DNA of 64,000 nucleotides from Balanoglossus misakiensis (lineage: Eukaryota > Animalia > Hemichordata), in assembly GCA_040954595.2 (NCBI GenBank), contig CM082593.2:2453830-2517829 (forward strand). The letters run 5' to 3'. The notes beneath the pieces were generated by a model. The model had not been told where the DNA came from. It was given only the letters and a program-made list of their open reading frames with translations, and made no database searches. A program made the position numbers and the translations under genes. Shown piece after piece: positions 1-13,100 of the stretch; position 1 is the stretch's first letter, and each line of letters starts with the position of its first letter.

Positions 1-501
1 TTCTGGTGGAATTTCACCGGTGAATTTGGCAATCTTCTGTAACTGGGGTCCAATCACCCAGACATAGTCAAAACCTCCTTCCAAGTCCAGTGCCTCGAAA
101 TGCAACTCAATATTCTGAGAAAATCAAAGCAAACGTCGTTGTTAGTGTTGGGAAGCTATTAAGCCTAATAGACACAATTTGGATGAGTACTGTGTCAAGT
201 GGCTGGGTAAGATCAAGGAACTGCATTGTAAAAATTACTTCCACTTCCTAATTCGAAATGACAACAAATTACTTGTATCGTGTATACTTTGCTAACGGAG
301 CAGTTTGACTAGCAATACAAGCGCGTGCGCACTAGAGACTTACTTTGCCGTTTTCGGAGGAAATGCTGAACTCGCAACGGGCGTTGTTTTCGTACAGAGC
401 GGTGCCATCATAGCCCAGAGACGTGATGGTTCCAGTATCGCCGGTCAAATCGTGAGGCGTACCACAGCCAGAATCGAAAGTTGGTTGTTCAGTTCCAGAT
501 T
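1..501 (-). other. CUB domain (partial)
   Basis: GCGTPHDLTGDTGTITSLGYDGTALYENNARCEFSI...NIELHFEALDLEGGFDYVWV...KFTG; CUB pattern across exons 501-344 and 114-1. Confidence 0.8.
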
Positions 502-3500
502 CTGCAGGTGAAATTGGGATAGAATGAGTGAACGATGAACTAATGAATTGGTAGATGTTATATTATGCCCTTTTGTGACAGCATTTCTTCGTGCAAGCCA
601 AACGGTACAGACACACAGGAAATCGTCAAACTCACCAGGTGCCATAACAGAGACTTCGCAAAGGGTGACGGGATTGCCACGGTCGGTTTGGAGGCTGACG
701 TAGCGACCAACGATTGGCTGGATGCAGTCGACGGTGGTGATTGTCATTTGCAGACTTCTGGCTGTCAACACCTCGCCACACTGATGGTGAATCTCGATGT
801 CGGATTCTGAACCGACTCTCACAACAGCGCCGACAAGACCGCCGCCTGTACAGGAGAGAGTGAAAGAATCAGTTAGTCATGAACTGTCATGCAATTGATA
901 TCTTATTGAAGTGATGAAGAGACAGTTTCTGACTGATGTGCCACTGTGGAGAAACTGTGGCCGTTCATTCTCTCAGCAACACAGAACTATTTACAGTTGT
1001 TGTCTTCAAAGAGCAGAATCGTTGCTTTAATTCATCCAACAGCTTTCCTACACCCAAATCCACCCCTCCCCGCTATAGTTACAAGCAAGACGACACCAAA
1101 CAGACACTTCTAAACTTGCGCTTACCTCTGTAATCGTGGCAGTCGGCACAGTCACAATGATCGGTGGTTTTACCGCACCAGGCGTATGGCGAGCAGCATG
1201 GGAATTCTCCGTTCGGGTTGCATTCACCAGGTGATCCGTCGGAGGCTGGGAAGTCTGGTCCACATCGCAGGTCTGACCTCCATTTCATGGCGTTTGCTGT
1301 GAAATTTAAAAAAAGAGACACTAACGTGAGTCATCAAACGTTGTAATTTTCAGTGACATCAACTCTCTGTTACAGTAATATAGTGGTAAACACCCGTGTC
1401 CTTAGTATACAAACCACACCCGAAAACACATTATATCTAGTCGTTGAAACATTTGTGTGCCCCCAAATCCGGGTAATGGAAATCAGTTCAACTCAACAGG
1501 TCATCACGAATCAATTTATACGATCAAATATCGATAAATGTTTCTCAAACAATGGTTACTACTTACCGTAGTCAGTACAGGTGCCACATGTACAATGGTC
1601 AGCAGTATTGCCACACCAACCGCCTGGTGAACAACATGGATAGATAGAACTGGGGTCACACTGGGCTGGACTTCCATCATCGAGTGGGTAGTCTGCTCCG
1701 CAACGTAAATCATTCCTCCATTTGTTTGCTACGAAGAAAAAAGTGAACATCTTTAGAAAACAATTCTCTTATCACAAACTAGTCCTTTCCCCTAATACGT
1801 ATATTTTAGACAGTATTGTAATATGCAACCGCCACTTTTTAAAGACAATTTAAATTGACTTACGTGGTCTTTTCAGAATGACTCTATGTACATTGTACGG
1901 TTTTCCAAGGTCAACCTTCCACCACGATTTGTCTTCAGCATCTATCAAGGCGCAAGTCTGGGGGTTGCCATCGCTACCATAGGGTGCGTTCGAACCGGAA
2001 CTGACGAAGGCAACTCCGGTTGGAGCAACATTTGTAAGGGTTGGTTCTGGGAATGGAGAGAAGTATTTTAATGAAATAACAATGTCATCAATATAAGTAG
2101 CATAAGAAAATGCCAACGCCTCTCTTAGAGTGCCCACTTTGTGATATTCACACAGTGTCCGTTATTGATATCTGAACTGCGTCCTTTGCGAAGACAAATT
2201 TATTTTAATTAAGTCGTAATAATCATTTTTTTGTCAGAACATTAATTCTCCACTCACCTTGTTCTCGGTACTTCTCGAAGAAATCATTTTCATTCCAATC
2301 GAAGTCTCCACATCCGGGGAACCCACCCGGGACGCTTGGCTGTTCGTTAGGTTTGACGTTGAGTAAGATGGCCATACCGCCGAGTAAATGATGCTCAATG
2401 TGACAATGCAAGAACCACCATCCTGTAATTGAAGAAGATATAATAAGCAAAGTTGTATCGCCAGCTTTGTGCACTCATTTTCAATGCTTAAAGACCACAT
2501 CAAAACAAGATCACAGTAATCCACGACGCCTTTCAGGAGTTTTGGCCGATAGACTTGCACACACCACGATGCTCATTCGAACGAATACAGTAGTTTTCAA
2601 ATCAGTTTTATAAAGGAAACCCTTTCAAGAGTATAAGTGAGTCATGATTACCTGGGTTGTCAGTCGTCAAGCGTGCAACGACGTAGCCACCAGAGGGCAG
2701 AAGAACAGTGTCTTTTCTTGGTGGATTGAAGAGGTTCTGGGGAATGGAGTCGGGATCCTCGTTCCAGGTGTCGTTCCTCCAGCGTGGTTTATTGCATGGA
2801 ATCAACATACTGTGAATGGAAATGAAGCCGTCAGTCGAAGAAGTGGAAAAAAGTTGGAAGGCGTTTATTTCTTTTCAATCACATGTTAACCAGTATTTTA
2901 AGATGGTGAAGTGTAATCAAGTAAAATATTTGACAGAAGATTACTATATAAGGACATTCTACCAGTATTGTAGAAAATATATATTACTTTATATTACATT
3001 ACCTGTCAAGAGAACAGCACTGTGTTTCATCGTCTGGGCATGGGCAACACAGGTCCTGGTTGGCTTGAACGTAGTGTCCGTTTTCGTCCTGTTCTGGGAA
3101 TCCCATCTTCGTCACCAGCAGACTGTGTCCATGGATGTGAATTGGGTGAAGAGAACCATTGTGGGAACCGCCAGAGCCGACACTGGTGAAGACGAACTGA
3201 TAGTGTTCTTCTTCCATGGTGATGAAGTTGGTGCACTTGCAAACAGTGTGGTGATCGGGGGCGTCGCATTCTTCGTCGCACTTCTCAAAAGCGGCGCTTG
3301 GGTCAAAGTCGTGGATGGACAGCTGTGTTGGTGAGACGAAGGCCTTGCCGTTGCAGACCGGGGCCGGTTTCTGGCCTGGGAGAGCCGTTCCGAGAGCCAT
3401 GCCGCCTTTACCTCCGAAGACGAAATTCATGAAGTACTGTGCCTCTTTGGTGACGTGGGCTGGAGTTGGATCCAAGGCCAGTTCTCTTGCAGAACGAGAG

Positions 3501-6050
3501 AGATCAGCTATGTGGATGCACTTGGTATTGGACCAAATTGGATAGCCCTCAAATGGACAATTGAGTGTGACGCACGGTGCGGTGTCCTTGTTACAGTGAC
3601 GCCAGACATCTGCTGGCAGATTGTCGGTGAGGAAGGTACCACTAGTGTCGCCATAGCGGAGAACAGCAGCGTTGGTATCGTTGAATGGACGGCGATTGAC
3701 TTCATCAAAACGCATGGTGTCGGCACGGACCACGTATTCTGTATGTTCAGGGTCGGACTTGGTAGAGAGAATGAAGTCGTATCTCTCACCTGCTGATACG
3801 ACGATCCAATCAACATCAACGGGATTAACATCGAAACCATCTGATGTGATCACCTTCAACTTGTGGTCGTCAACAGAGATACGGTACGAGAAGACCATCT
3901 GAGCGCCGACGACGCGGAAACGATATCTGTGGCCGGGCTTCACTGCAAAACCAAAGTAGGGCGTACGCTTCTGAGGATCGGTGAGGTCGTAGCGGCCACG
4001 GCCGTTGAATATACCGGACTTGTAGGGAATTGGACTGATTTCGAGACCATCGAAAGTACGTTCACCATGGAATCTGACGCCATCTTCAAACCAGCCACCG
4101 GCCTTGAAGAGTTTCTCGAACATGTGATGAGATTCTTCGTGTTGCCAGTCTGAAACCATCATGATGAACTGGTCAAATTCGGGAATGTGGCGCTCGTCAT
4201 CGAGAGCGAGAAGGTTGAAATCGTAGTAATGCTGGTTTGGTTCATCTTCTTCATAGATAACAATTGGTCCAGCCATACCTTCGCTGAATTGGACGCCGGT
4301 GTGAGAGTGATACCAGAAGGTACCTTTGGGAAATAACAATATATATTGCAGAAGTAAATATTTTGTGGAAATCAACAGCGATTACCATTTCTCTGACTCG
4401 GAATGTTATAAAACAAAAACTGCAAATGCGATAGTTCTGCGTAGGAAGCCTATTTGAGCAATGTTGTTGTTGTTGTTTTTCCATGGTGTCATGCGCACTA
4501 GCAAGTCAACTAAAATATTCCAATGAATGACGAAACTCGTCAAACCAAAGACAAAAGAACTCACCTGGAGGCATGGCAGCGAATGAATAGACAAATGTGC
4601 CACCTGGTGGAACTGGGCACTGTGAGATGTACGGCACTCCGTCCATCCAAGGAGTTCTCATCTGGTATATACCGTGCCAATGAATTGTAGTGGCATCCTG
4701 CATCATAGCATTGTGCATCGTGACGCGTACGATGCTTCCATACTTAACCTGTTGGCGAAAACATTAAATCAGTCGTTTATTGCAAAACTGTTCAATGTTT
4801 GTGTGTTACCGTCAGAGTTAGGCAAAAGGGTGTCAGAATAATCCGTGGATATTATTTGATTTCGAAATTTCCATTTGTAGCCTATATTTATTGCATGGGA
4901 ATCGTTCTGTATCAAAGTTAACTGAAATTTCAGCCATTTTGTCCGAATGCGGATGACGTCATGTTTTAATAGACAACTTACTCTGATAGCTGGTCCTGGT
5001 ATTCTTCCATTCACAGTGATGACACGACGCTGAACGCCATCACCGGACAGTTTGACGTCCTCTGCGAGAAAATGACAATTTATATATCTTATTTAGTGAT
5101 GTCGGATGTTTTGTTGATAAAAGTTAACACAGTCAGTTTGAGATGGTAAGCGTTGTGCCGAATTCTGGGGCTTATTATAATCTAAGCTTGCAGTGTAAAC
5201 TTGAAAACAGGAATAGCGCGTCCTTTCAGTAACATTCTGCATTTCTTGCACTCAGGAGATTAGAGGCATGCGCATTGTTGTGAAAAACATCTTGATTTTT
5301 CACTTACCAAATGAAATGGCTCGGTCAGTGCCTGCGCAGTCCGGGTCATCAATGTAACAGGCCACACACGTAACGGTGTTGCCGTCTGGATCTTCACAAT
5401 CGCTTACGACGGTGTTGCCGCTGTACGTCATGGTGTAGTCGTGTTCAATCTCGAAATCGTATCTACAAACTGGAGAAAACATCATATAAATCAATAATTA
5501 ATAAATTTGGTTAAAAACGAAGATCAGCGAACACAAAACGAAAAGTTTGCTGAGTCATTTGTTGAAGAAATAAAAGGAAAGAAACACTCCCCAAATAAGA
5601 ACACCTTATTGCCTACTTACCCACACGATAATCATCAAGTTCAGGGATGTATTCCTTTTCGCAGACTCCTTCATCTTGCAAAACAGCCTGTCAAATTTAG
5701 AAAACAAAATGCGCGCAGATGTAAATGTCATGTGACAAGATACCGTCTGTTCCAGTACAGGAATATTCCTAAGGGAGAGTTCTGCTAGCAGCAAATATCA
5801 GAATAAAGTAACATAAATACATCTTAACTGTATAGACGCAATTTCTGTTTGCATGGCTTTCGTTTAGGAATACGTATGTGTCGAAATTAGGTCCAAAAAG
5901 TTCCTAGTTTGCCTACTGAGCGCTGTTGGTTTCAGAGTTCTCGTGGTCTAACACTATCATCATCACGACACAGATATTTGCGCAAAAACAGTTTCTACAT
6001 ACCTTTGAAAGGGCAAACAGCCCGAGGAGGGCGAGAACCGGCAACTTCAT
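1..6050 (-). CDS. Secreted multicopper oxidase (laccase/ascorbate-oxidase-like) with C-terminal F-type-lectin-like, 2x hevein-like and CUB domains; 3' end lies beyond the window start
   Basis: Phase-compatible GT-AG exons: 6050-6003 (signal peptide MKLPVLALLGLFALSK), 5687-5621, 5469-5308, 5061-4982 (ITVNGRIPGPAIR), 4748-4565 (TIHWHG), 4323-3003 (GTFWYHSH...HPIHIHGH), 2809-2651 (NPPRKDTV...DNP), ~2423-2259 (GWWFLHCHIEHHLLGGM), 2046-1864, 1728-1567, 1296-1126, 845-636, 501-344, 114-<1. All four copper-binding signatures are intact, with Met as the T1 axial ligand. Confidence 0.95.
636..2046 (-). other. F-type lectin (fucolectin/FTP)-like domain split in two halves
   Basis: Exon 2046-1864: TNVAPTGVAFVSS...DGNPQTC...SWWKVDLGKPYNVHRVILKRP. 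Exon 845-636: LVGAVVRVG...QCG...DCIQPIVGRYVSLQ...TLCEVSV. Together they match the NVA/WWxVDL/GRYV/LCEV pattern of F-type lectin domains. Confidence 0.85.
1126..1728 (-). other. Two hevein-like (chitin-binding type 1-like) Cys-rich modules, one exon each
   Basis: KWRNDLRCG...QCDPSSIYPCCSPGGWCGNTADHCTCGTCTDY and KWRSDLRCG...ECNPNGEFPCCSPYAWCGKTTDHCDCADCHDY; both carry the CCSxxxWCG hevein motif. Confidence 0.85.
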
Positions 6051-6108
6051 GGTGCGCTGAGACCACGGTCCAAACAGCAGTATGAAATGTGGAGCCTAAA
6101 TCGCCCAC

Positions 6109-6115
6109 TTTTATA
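6109..6115 (-). promoter_or_regulatory. TATA box of the multicopper oxidase gene
   Basis: TATAAAA on the minus strand about 60 bp upstream of the ATG at 6050. Confidence 0.6.
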
Positions 6116-6135
6116 CAATTTTGGGGGTGAATTAA

Positions 6136-6570
6136 TCAGGTGACTTGTCACGTTATTAACTTATTATGCAAGTTGTTGAATATTTCACTAATTTGTAATT
6201 CGAATTTTTTAGGTACACTAACAACATCTCGCAGTTAACAAAAGCCTGGTCAGGTGATCAGTCACGTGGCATACCCTCAGATGTCTCGAGTTTCTAATTC
6301 TGGATTTGTATTTTCCTGCCCGTAACTCTTCTTAAGTTTCATAACATTTTACTTTGCCACTTTTACGGGTATTGTGCTGTTTTTTGGCTTATCGATCCTT
6401 ACACAAATGTAGGTGACGCAAATATATTAACAAGATGTAGTCAATAAGCCGAAGATTTCAGTTGGGTAAGAAAACAAAATTGACATAAAAACGTGTGAAA
6501 AAGTATGATAAAAGTGGAATAAGTCAAGCTTTGCTCCAATGGTTAATTTGTCAGGTGACCTGTCACGTGA
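6136..6570. promoter_or_regulatory. Three copies of a tandem E-box element TCAGGTGA-nnn-GTCACGT
   Basis: Copies at 6136-6154, 6250-6268 and 6551-6570 in otherwise AT-rich upstream DNA. Confidence 0.6.
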
Positions 6571-8300
6571 TTAGTCATCGGTTAATTTTTGCGCTTTACT
6601 GCTTAATTCGATAAAACGTGTGAATTGGTGAATTAATGCATAAAATTAATAATGGAAAAAAATGTTTCTGAAATCCACTTATACTAGTTTCTTCTGTTTG
6701 CAAAGTTTTCCTATACAAAAATCACTCTTGATAATTTTTTTCCACAGAAAATGAATATTTGTGATATAAAGGAGCATACAAGTATTCAATACAAATTTAT
6801 TAGAAAAATCGCTTTCTTGTGAAAGGTTCCTTACCAGAAATAATCGACATAAAAAACATAATGCATAAACAACACCTCCTCCCCCGCCTCAATAACGGCA
6901 ACGAAATTACGAAGCGGAAACGCAGAACACTGTACTGTCTCCATAACTGAGTGTTGGTGCTTGAATTTTAATGTGCACTAAAAGGACATATATTTGATGG
7001 ATTTTTTTTTGAATTCCCGAATTTGCTCAACCGCCGGTTGTTATAACAAAACTCACATATACTATATAATGACTTGGCATGTGGCATTGTTTGATAATGA
7101 CTAACACGTTAAGTTAGAATTTGAAGTGTCCATGTTCGGTCAATCAGTATATAAGTAAGTGAACAGATTGAACAGTACGTAAACACGACTGGCATAAACA
7201 CAGAACAGTATAAACACGATTGGTATAAACGATATAACATTGCTAAATTATTTGAACAGCTTTGAGTGAGAACTTTGCGAATTATACAGACCTATTATAA
7301 TTATGTATTTCTCAAATCTGCTGGTCCGAACCTTGATTGCTACAAGTGTTGATTACGAAAAACACAAATTTGATTACGTCACCACACAGTTGTCATGAAT
7401 GAATAAAGATGGATTGTATTTCCTGTGCATAGTTCCGTCTAGTTTAAATGCGGGAATTTTCCTATTATAAAGTCTAACATTCTAGAAAAATTAACTGAAA
7501 ACCAAATACTGACGACTCCTATTGAACGAATGCAGCAATTTATTTTGAAAGTAAAATGTGAACATTATATACTGTACAGTTTAAGAAACTTAGAATATTG
7601 ACATTCATCACCATATGCATACAATTCTTGTGCCCCAGAAATGTTTTTTCCTTTATATTCCAATCAATAACACATTGTAGAATATAACCATAGACAACAG
7701 AAGGAACTCCAGTCTATCATATACTATGAATGAACATGACAAATGTATTACGAAGAGTATTCTGGTGGCTTTAATACGGGCGTTTTGTTTGAAAATCGCG
7801 TTGGCAGCTTTTTGAAAAAACATAAACCAGCGGACGTCAAGAATTTTGATTACCCGTTCATTTTCAATATTTTCCAGAAAAAACTATCAAAACCCGTATC
7901 CTGTTACGTGATATTCAAGTATTGACAAAAAATCATGAATATTCGTATGGGCATTCGTGCATAATCCAATTTATATTATTCAGTTGTTTTTCCCACGGTT
8001 TTACGAATTACTTGTTTTTAAGTGGGACACGCACGTTTCTTCATATGACTATGTTCAAAGATGCTTTATAGATTTTACTCCTAAAATGTTCTGAAACGCT
8101 GCCAACTAAATTGGACATTTTCTTGTCAGAATAACATGGCGACTGCTCTAACAAGAAAAACAACAAACAGATTAGATAACGTGTCACCGCTCGTGGTTTC
8201 GTAAAGAAAACCACGACCAGTAATAGGCCTACAGCTCTTAAAAACGTTTTGGACTTATCTTGTTTCGTATAGCATCAATTCAACTTCCAAAACACCTCTC

Positions 8301-8301
<1 letters not shown>

Positions 8302-8358
<57 letters not shown>
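8302..8358. repeat. (CAT)n microsatellite, ~19 units
   Basis: Directly visible; it produces the spurious poly-Met ORF 8275-8463. Confidence 0.97.
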
Positions 8359-9719
8359 TGAATACTGTTGATGTTGGTCAATGACCTGTAGAAAGTTCAG
8401 TAGATAGTTGAAAGTGTCAAACGGAAAAGATGGAAGTCCCACAGGGCGGTTTTTGAAAACCATTCAGTGGAGACTTCGGGGCTTGGCTCAGGTATATATC
8501 GAACTGACTCCCGTGAGTTTCCGGTTTAATCAGTAATTTGTTATTCAGGACAAGCAGTTCTGTATACATTCATTTTCAAGAACGTTTTATTTTCTGTTTT
8601 CACACGAAATATCATGATTTGACTCGGGGGGGGGGGTGTCGATCCTGTACAATACAACGCCAACTCGAGTCGATGGGCTGCTCCCCGTATACTGCCAGTA
8701 AACGCACCATATGGGGCTTCTCCTTTGCTATACGGTTGAGGGCCCGTCAGTGAAGAGCCTTGTAGCGAACCATGGGCTGTGGGATGGAAGAGTCTAGTAT
8801 TTTATAGGATATTCATGGCCTTTGAAACCGGCCAGAAGCAAACAGTCTTCCCTATGTTCTCCAGGGGGCGCCAAATATGCGTTCGGGCCCGGATCACCTC
8901 CCCATGATATATACACAATATTCAATATATGCTGTCGGTTGTCACAGTTCTCAACAGTAGAAAATGCATTTTGAGTACATTAGAAAGGAAAAGGATACTA
9001 GTATTATCGAAAGCGACCCTTTATATACCCACAATGCAACGCAATCAAGCTGCAACGTCAGAGACGATTCCTACACATGCGCACCACGTCACGCTAACCT
9101 GTTCGGTGTTTGATACATCCGGAGATCGGCAGAATTACATTAGTTCAACGCTAATTATCGCCACCGGTGGCGTACGATCAACCCAGTATCGTCGGTAAGG
9201 GGGGTTAGTACCCGTTTGTTCAATTCTAGTTTTATTTCACCCCAATTTTCGCAGGAAACGAAAACAGTTGTTACATTTCAGATATGCCATTTTAGTGCTG
9301 TGTCGTGTGTCGGCCATTTTGAGCAAGTATGTTTCAGCTGGTCGATTCCTAAGTGCATGTTCAAACACTATGTGTATTTCACATGTTGTTCGAATATGTC
9401 GTACATGTACCCCCTTCCCTCAAAATGTCCACGCCGCCAACTTTACACCCTTCTATATCTTACCATAATGGGCGTGACCGCCATATCGCTTTTAATGTTG
9501 TTTGGATGATGTACCCGGCTTCATCATTTCATGTGATGTCAGTCAGTACTGTAGACAGTGTTCCAACACTCAAATCCACGTCTGCTTTTCTGATCTACAT
9601 AACCCCACGCGTTCGTTTCGTCAGAAATACTGCCTTGTGCCATTTTGTTACAGAAAATGTTAAAGTAAAAGGCATAGCGTGTCGCACACAGGCGTGTTAC
9701 GGTCCTGTGACGCTGGGAT

Positions 9720-9926
9720 TCCCAACAGAGCGTCCGACTTCCGGGTTTGTGTATTCAATGTGTCGTCGACGACACCTGTGTAAACGGTTACCAGTGTTTG
9801 TCACTTTTGGCCACGTATTCACAGACAGCACGACCTCCTCCCCATTACATTTACTGCGTGTTGTGAAAAAAATCTCTATGTAACTGTCACTATGTAATGA
9901 CCAATTCCTTTCCTTTCGTTTCCAGG
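9720..9926 (+). promoter_or_regulatory. Probable GBF1 promoter / 5'UTR intron
   Basis: CpG-rich stretch with ETS-like ACTTCCGG near 9737; strong acceptor tcctttcgtttccag ending at 9926, upstream of the ATG exon. Confidence 0.4.
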
Positions 9927-10188
9927 ACTTTGCGAAATCCTTGTGTTTTCAGTCACTTGTGGAACTCACATGTGGAACTCTACTCAGTGGTATTCTGATC
10001 AAGAACAGAAGCAGTCATCTTCATCCGCTGTTAAGAGCTGATCGTTGCAGACGTAAAACACTTGGATGTAATCATGTGGTACTGCGATCAAAGATTTGTG
10101 ATGTAGGAAGGATTTTTACCATGTGCTGCATTGGAACTGACGAAAATATTTGTGTATAAATTGCAAAAGTGAAAAAAACCTTGTCAAC

Positions 10189-13100
10189 ATGGCAACAAAG
10201 ATCTCAGCTCCTCCAAATGGAATTTACATCGTCCAGGGAGAAATGTCCTTGGTGGTGACAGCAATGAGAAGGAATTCAAGATGGAGTTCTCATAGTCCAC
10301 AGGTAAAGTGTGTCTGTCTGTTGTCTATACATGTATGTATAAATGTAATAGTATGTATGTACATGTATGTATCTATGTATGTATCAATATATGTGTGTGT
10401 AAGGTCGTGTATAGGTCATAATAATGGTCTATTAACACTATTCCCATCCACACACAAGGATTGTATTGTTTACCCCCATAGAAATATGCTGGGTCCAGTA
10501 CATTGCTGTGTTAAAGAGAACTGTCCACTATCTTCAATGTTTTGGAAAACAATACAATTTTAATTTAATTGTAATAATTGTTATGCAAATTAGCCAATAC
10601 TGCATCAACAAACCCTGGGAAGAGATGATCAGCAAATTATTCATAGATAATCATGGTTTCTTCATTTCTATTGCAGGATGAAGACCAAGATCCTCTTCTC
10701 GGGAGTTTTTCTCAACTAAAGGAAGTTATCAACAATATCTCAGGTAATTAAATCATTATGCTTCACACTTACTCACATTTACGGTTTTTAGGAGGATTAA
10801 AAAAGCGGTCTTTTCAATGAAAAAAAATAATGACGCACCCGGTTCAAGTATGAACTGCTCATTAATACTGCAACACCGAAGGAAAAATAAACAATGACCT
10901 TTAGATGGATTATTGGGCTCAGTGTTCAGATATTGTATACGTCGGCTGTGCCACACTTCATGTCCTTGCTCTGATGCGATCCTCAGGAACGGACAGACTA
11001 TTTTTACTCATCGATTAAAAACCCCATCTGTTGACTAGACGTGCATGTTTCAAGGTTTTGCAGAAATCCGAGGTTTGTAGAGCAGATTATGGTATTTTTA
11101 GATACACAGTTGTAGTAGGTGGTGTGCCCTGAACGCTATGATGCATCACCAACTCACTGTTGGCACAAGATAATTACTCCATTGCAATCATTTGACTTCA
11201 ATATGATAGTTGCACATCAGTAGATACATTTACTTTTTACTCGTACATGTACGCACATGAAGTGAACTCTAGACTTGTATAATGAGCAAACAAAGCAGTT
11301 CAACTGTCATCAGACTATGCATCATTTGTGAAGATGCTTTTTCACCTTTGGTATTCAGACATAACGTACTAAAGGGACATGACATGTACACAGTGGGCAT
11401 TTTCTTTGGACTGTCACTTCTTTCAAATATCAGATTCATGCATGAAACGTTTTGTTCAACACAAACAGTTCTATTGTGGTACGTTGTGCACACACGCTGT
11501 TGTGTAATCTTACATCGGAGTTTAATTTCCTGTACATGTCAAGATGTACAATGTCCTATCAATATCATTGAAAACAGGGTGGGGGCAATTTGTGGTAATA
11601 TACAGATGTTGGCGGAATATAAGTACATGTGTATACTGCCAAAGGTTTCTTCAGTAAACTAAAATTTTATAAACTGTTCTTTGCTGTTTGGTTTTGATGT
11701 CGTTTGAAAATGGTCTTTGAGGTCTTGATCATGAACATTTTAACTGGGATCTGGCCATGGCTTAAAAAATCCTCATTTTCAATAGGATAAGATTATCATA
11801 CAATTACATGTCCTCTAATATTGGATCCGGGAAATCAAATCCTGGGAATCAAAAAATAGTGACGGAGTGAGTTAGCAGAGATCTCATTGCGGAGTTTCCA
11901 AGTGTTCAGTCCCTCTCCCTCAAGATACTTGAACTAATTCAGTAATTTTGTTGAGTTGAGTGAAGCTCACTTAAGTATCTAATTATCAAAGGACTCTACT
12001 AAAATATTTCGCAGGCTGAATACTACTGTGGAATTAGATGAAGAGAATTGATCAATATTGACAGTATTTGAGATGCCAACATGTATAAAATGCCCCATAA
12101 ATTAGGGCAGAATAGAATTGCAGTGTTTGGCATTATGTAGCGCATTGTCGTAAAATCAGTACCCTGAAGGAAAGAAGAGACGTACAAGTACATTTTGTAG
12201 TCATTGAATATGCTGTGAAGGAGCTATTTGAGTGGAGTGATGTAGGCGGATGGTTGCCTAGCAGTGGTTGTCATGGCTGCAGAATCCGTGAAGTCAGAGA
12301 TATAAATAGAATCTGATGTGTGTGATGTCGGTATCTTTTCTTGCACATAACACAGAAGATAATTGATTAATATGGTGGACGTCTTCATATGATTATGAAT
12401 GTCATTGGCAAACAGTGTGTATTTGTAAAATGTCAGGAAGATAAAAATTTTGGTTTTGAAATTATTATGTGATTTTATAATAATGTCAAATGTGGAACAA
12501 CGGATCAATTTCATCAGTCCAGACCTTTTAAATCTTGAATGTATGCCTGTCTGATGGACATGTTTGCAGTGCATTACATTGATTAAGATGTAAATATATA
12601 TTTAAGTGTTGTATTCTTCCTTAACCCCATTTTCCTGTTCCCGTCTATTCCAGACTTGAATGAAGTGGAACCCAACGTATTCCTGACATCATTCCTTGAT
12701 GTGATCAGGTCGGAAGACACAACCGGACCAATAACAGGTCTTGGTCTGTCTTCAATCAACAAATTCCTCTCCTATGGGCTCATAGGTAATTAACTTAATT
12801 TGGTCCATACACTCTGTCTTAAAAGATGATAAAATAAATTATTCATAAAAGCATGTTGATGTTCCCATGATGGAATTTGTTTCACAGACATGCATTGAAA
12901 GGTTTTTGTCAGGTACATAACATATTCTAATGTTTCTTGATTTATTGTCTGCCAGTTTCTGTCAGAACAAAGAAAAACATTTCTATGACATCAAAAACCT
13001 CATGAATGAATTAATTTAGTGATAATAATAATGTTATGGAGGACTCACACTTTGCATAAAAATACACTCTTCCAGATATTTCCTGTGATGGCGCTGCGAC

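Noticed and set aside
7799-8106. Inverted gttggcagc pair as MITE termini
   Set aside because: Only 9 bp exact and no target-site duplication seen.
8275-8463. Poly-Met ORF
   Set aside because: Translation of a (CAT)n microsatellite.
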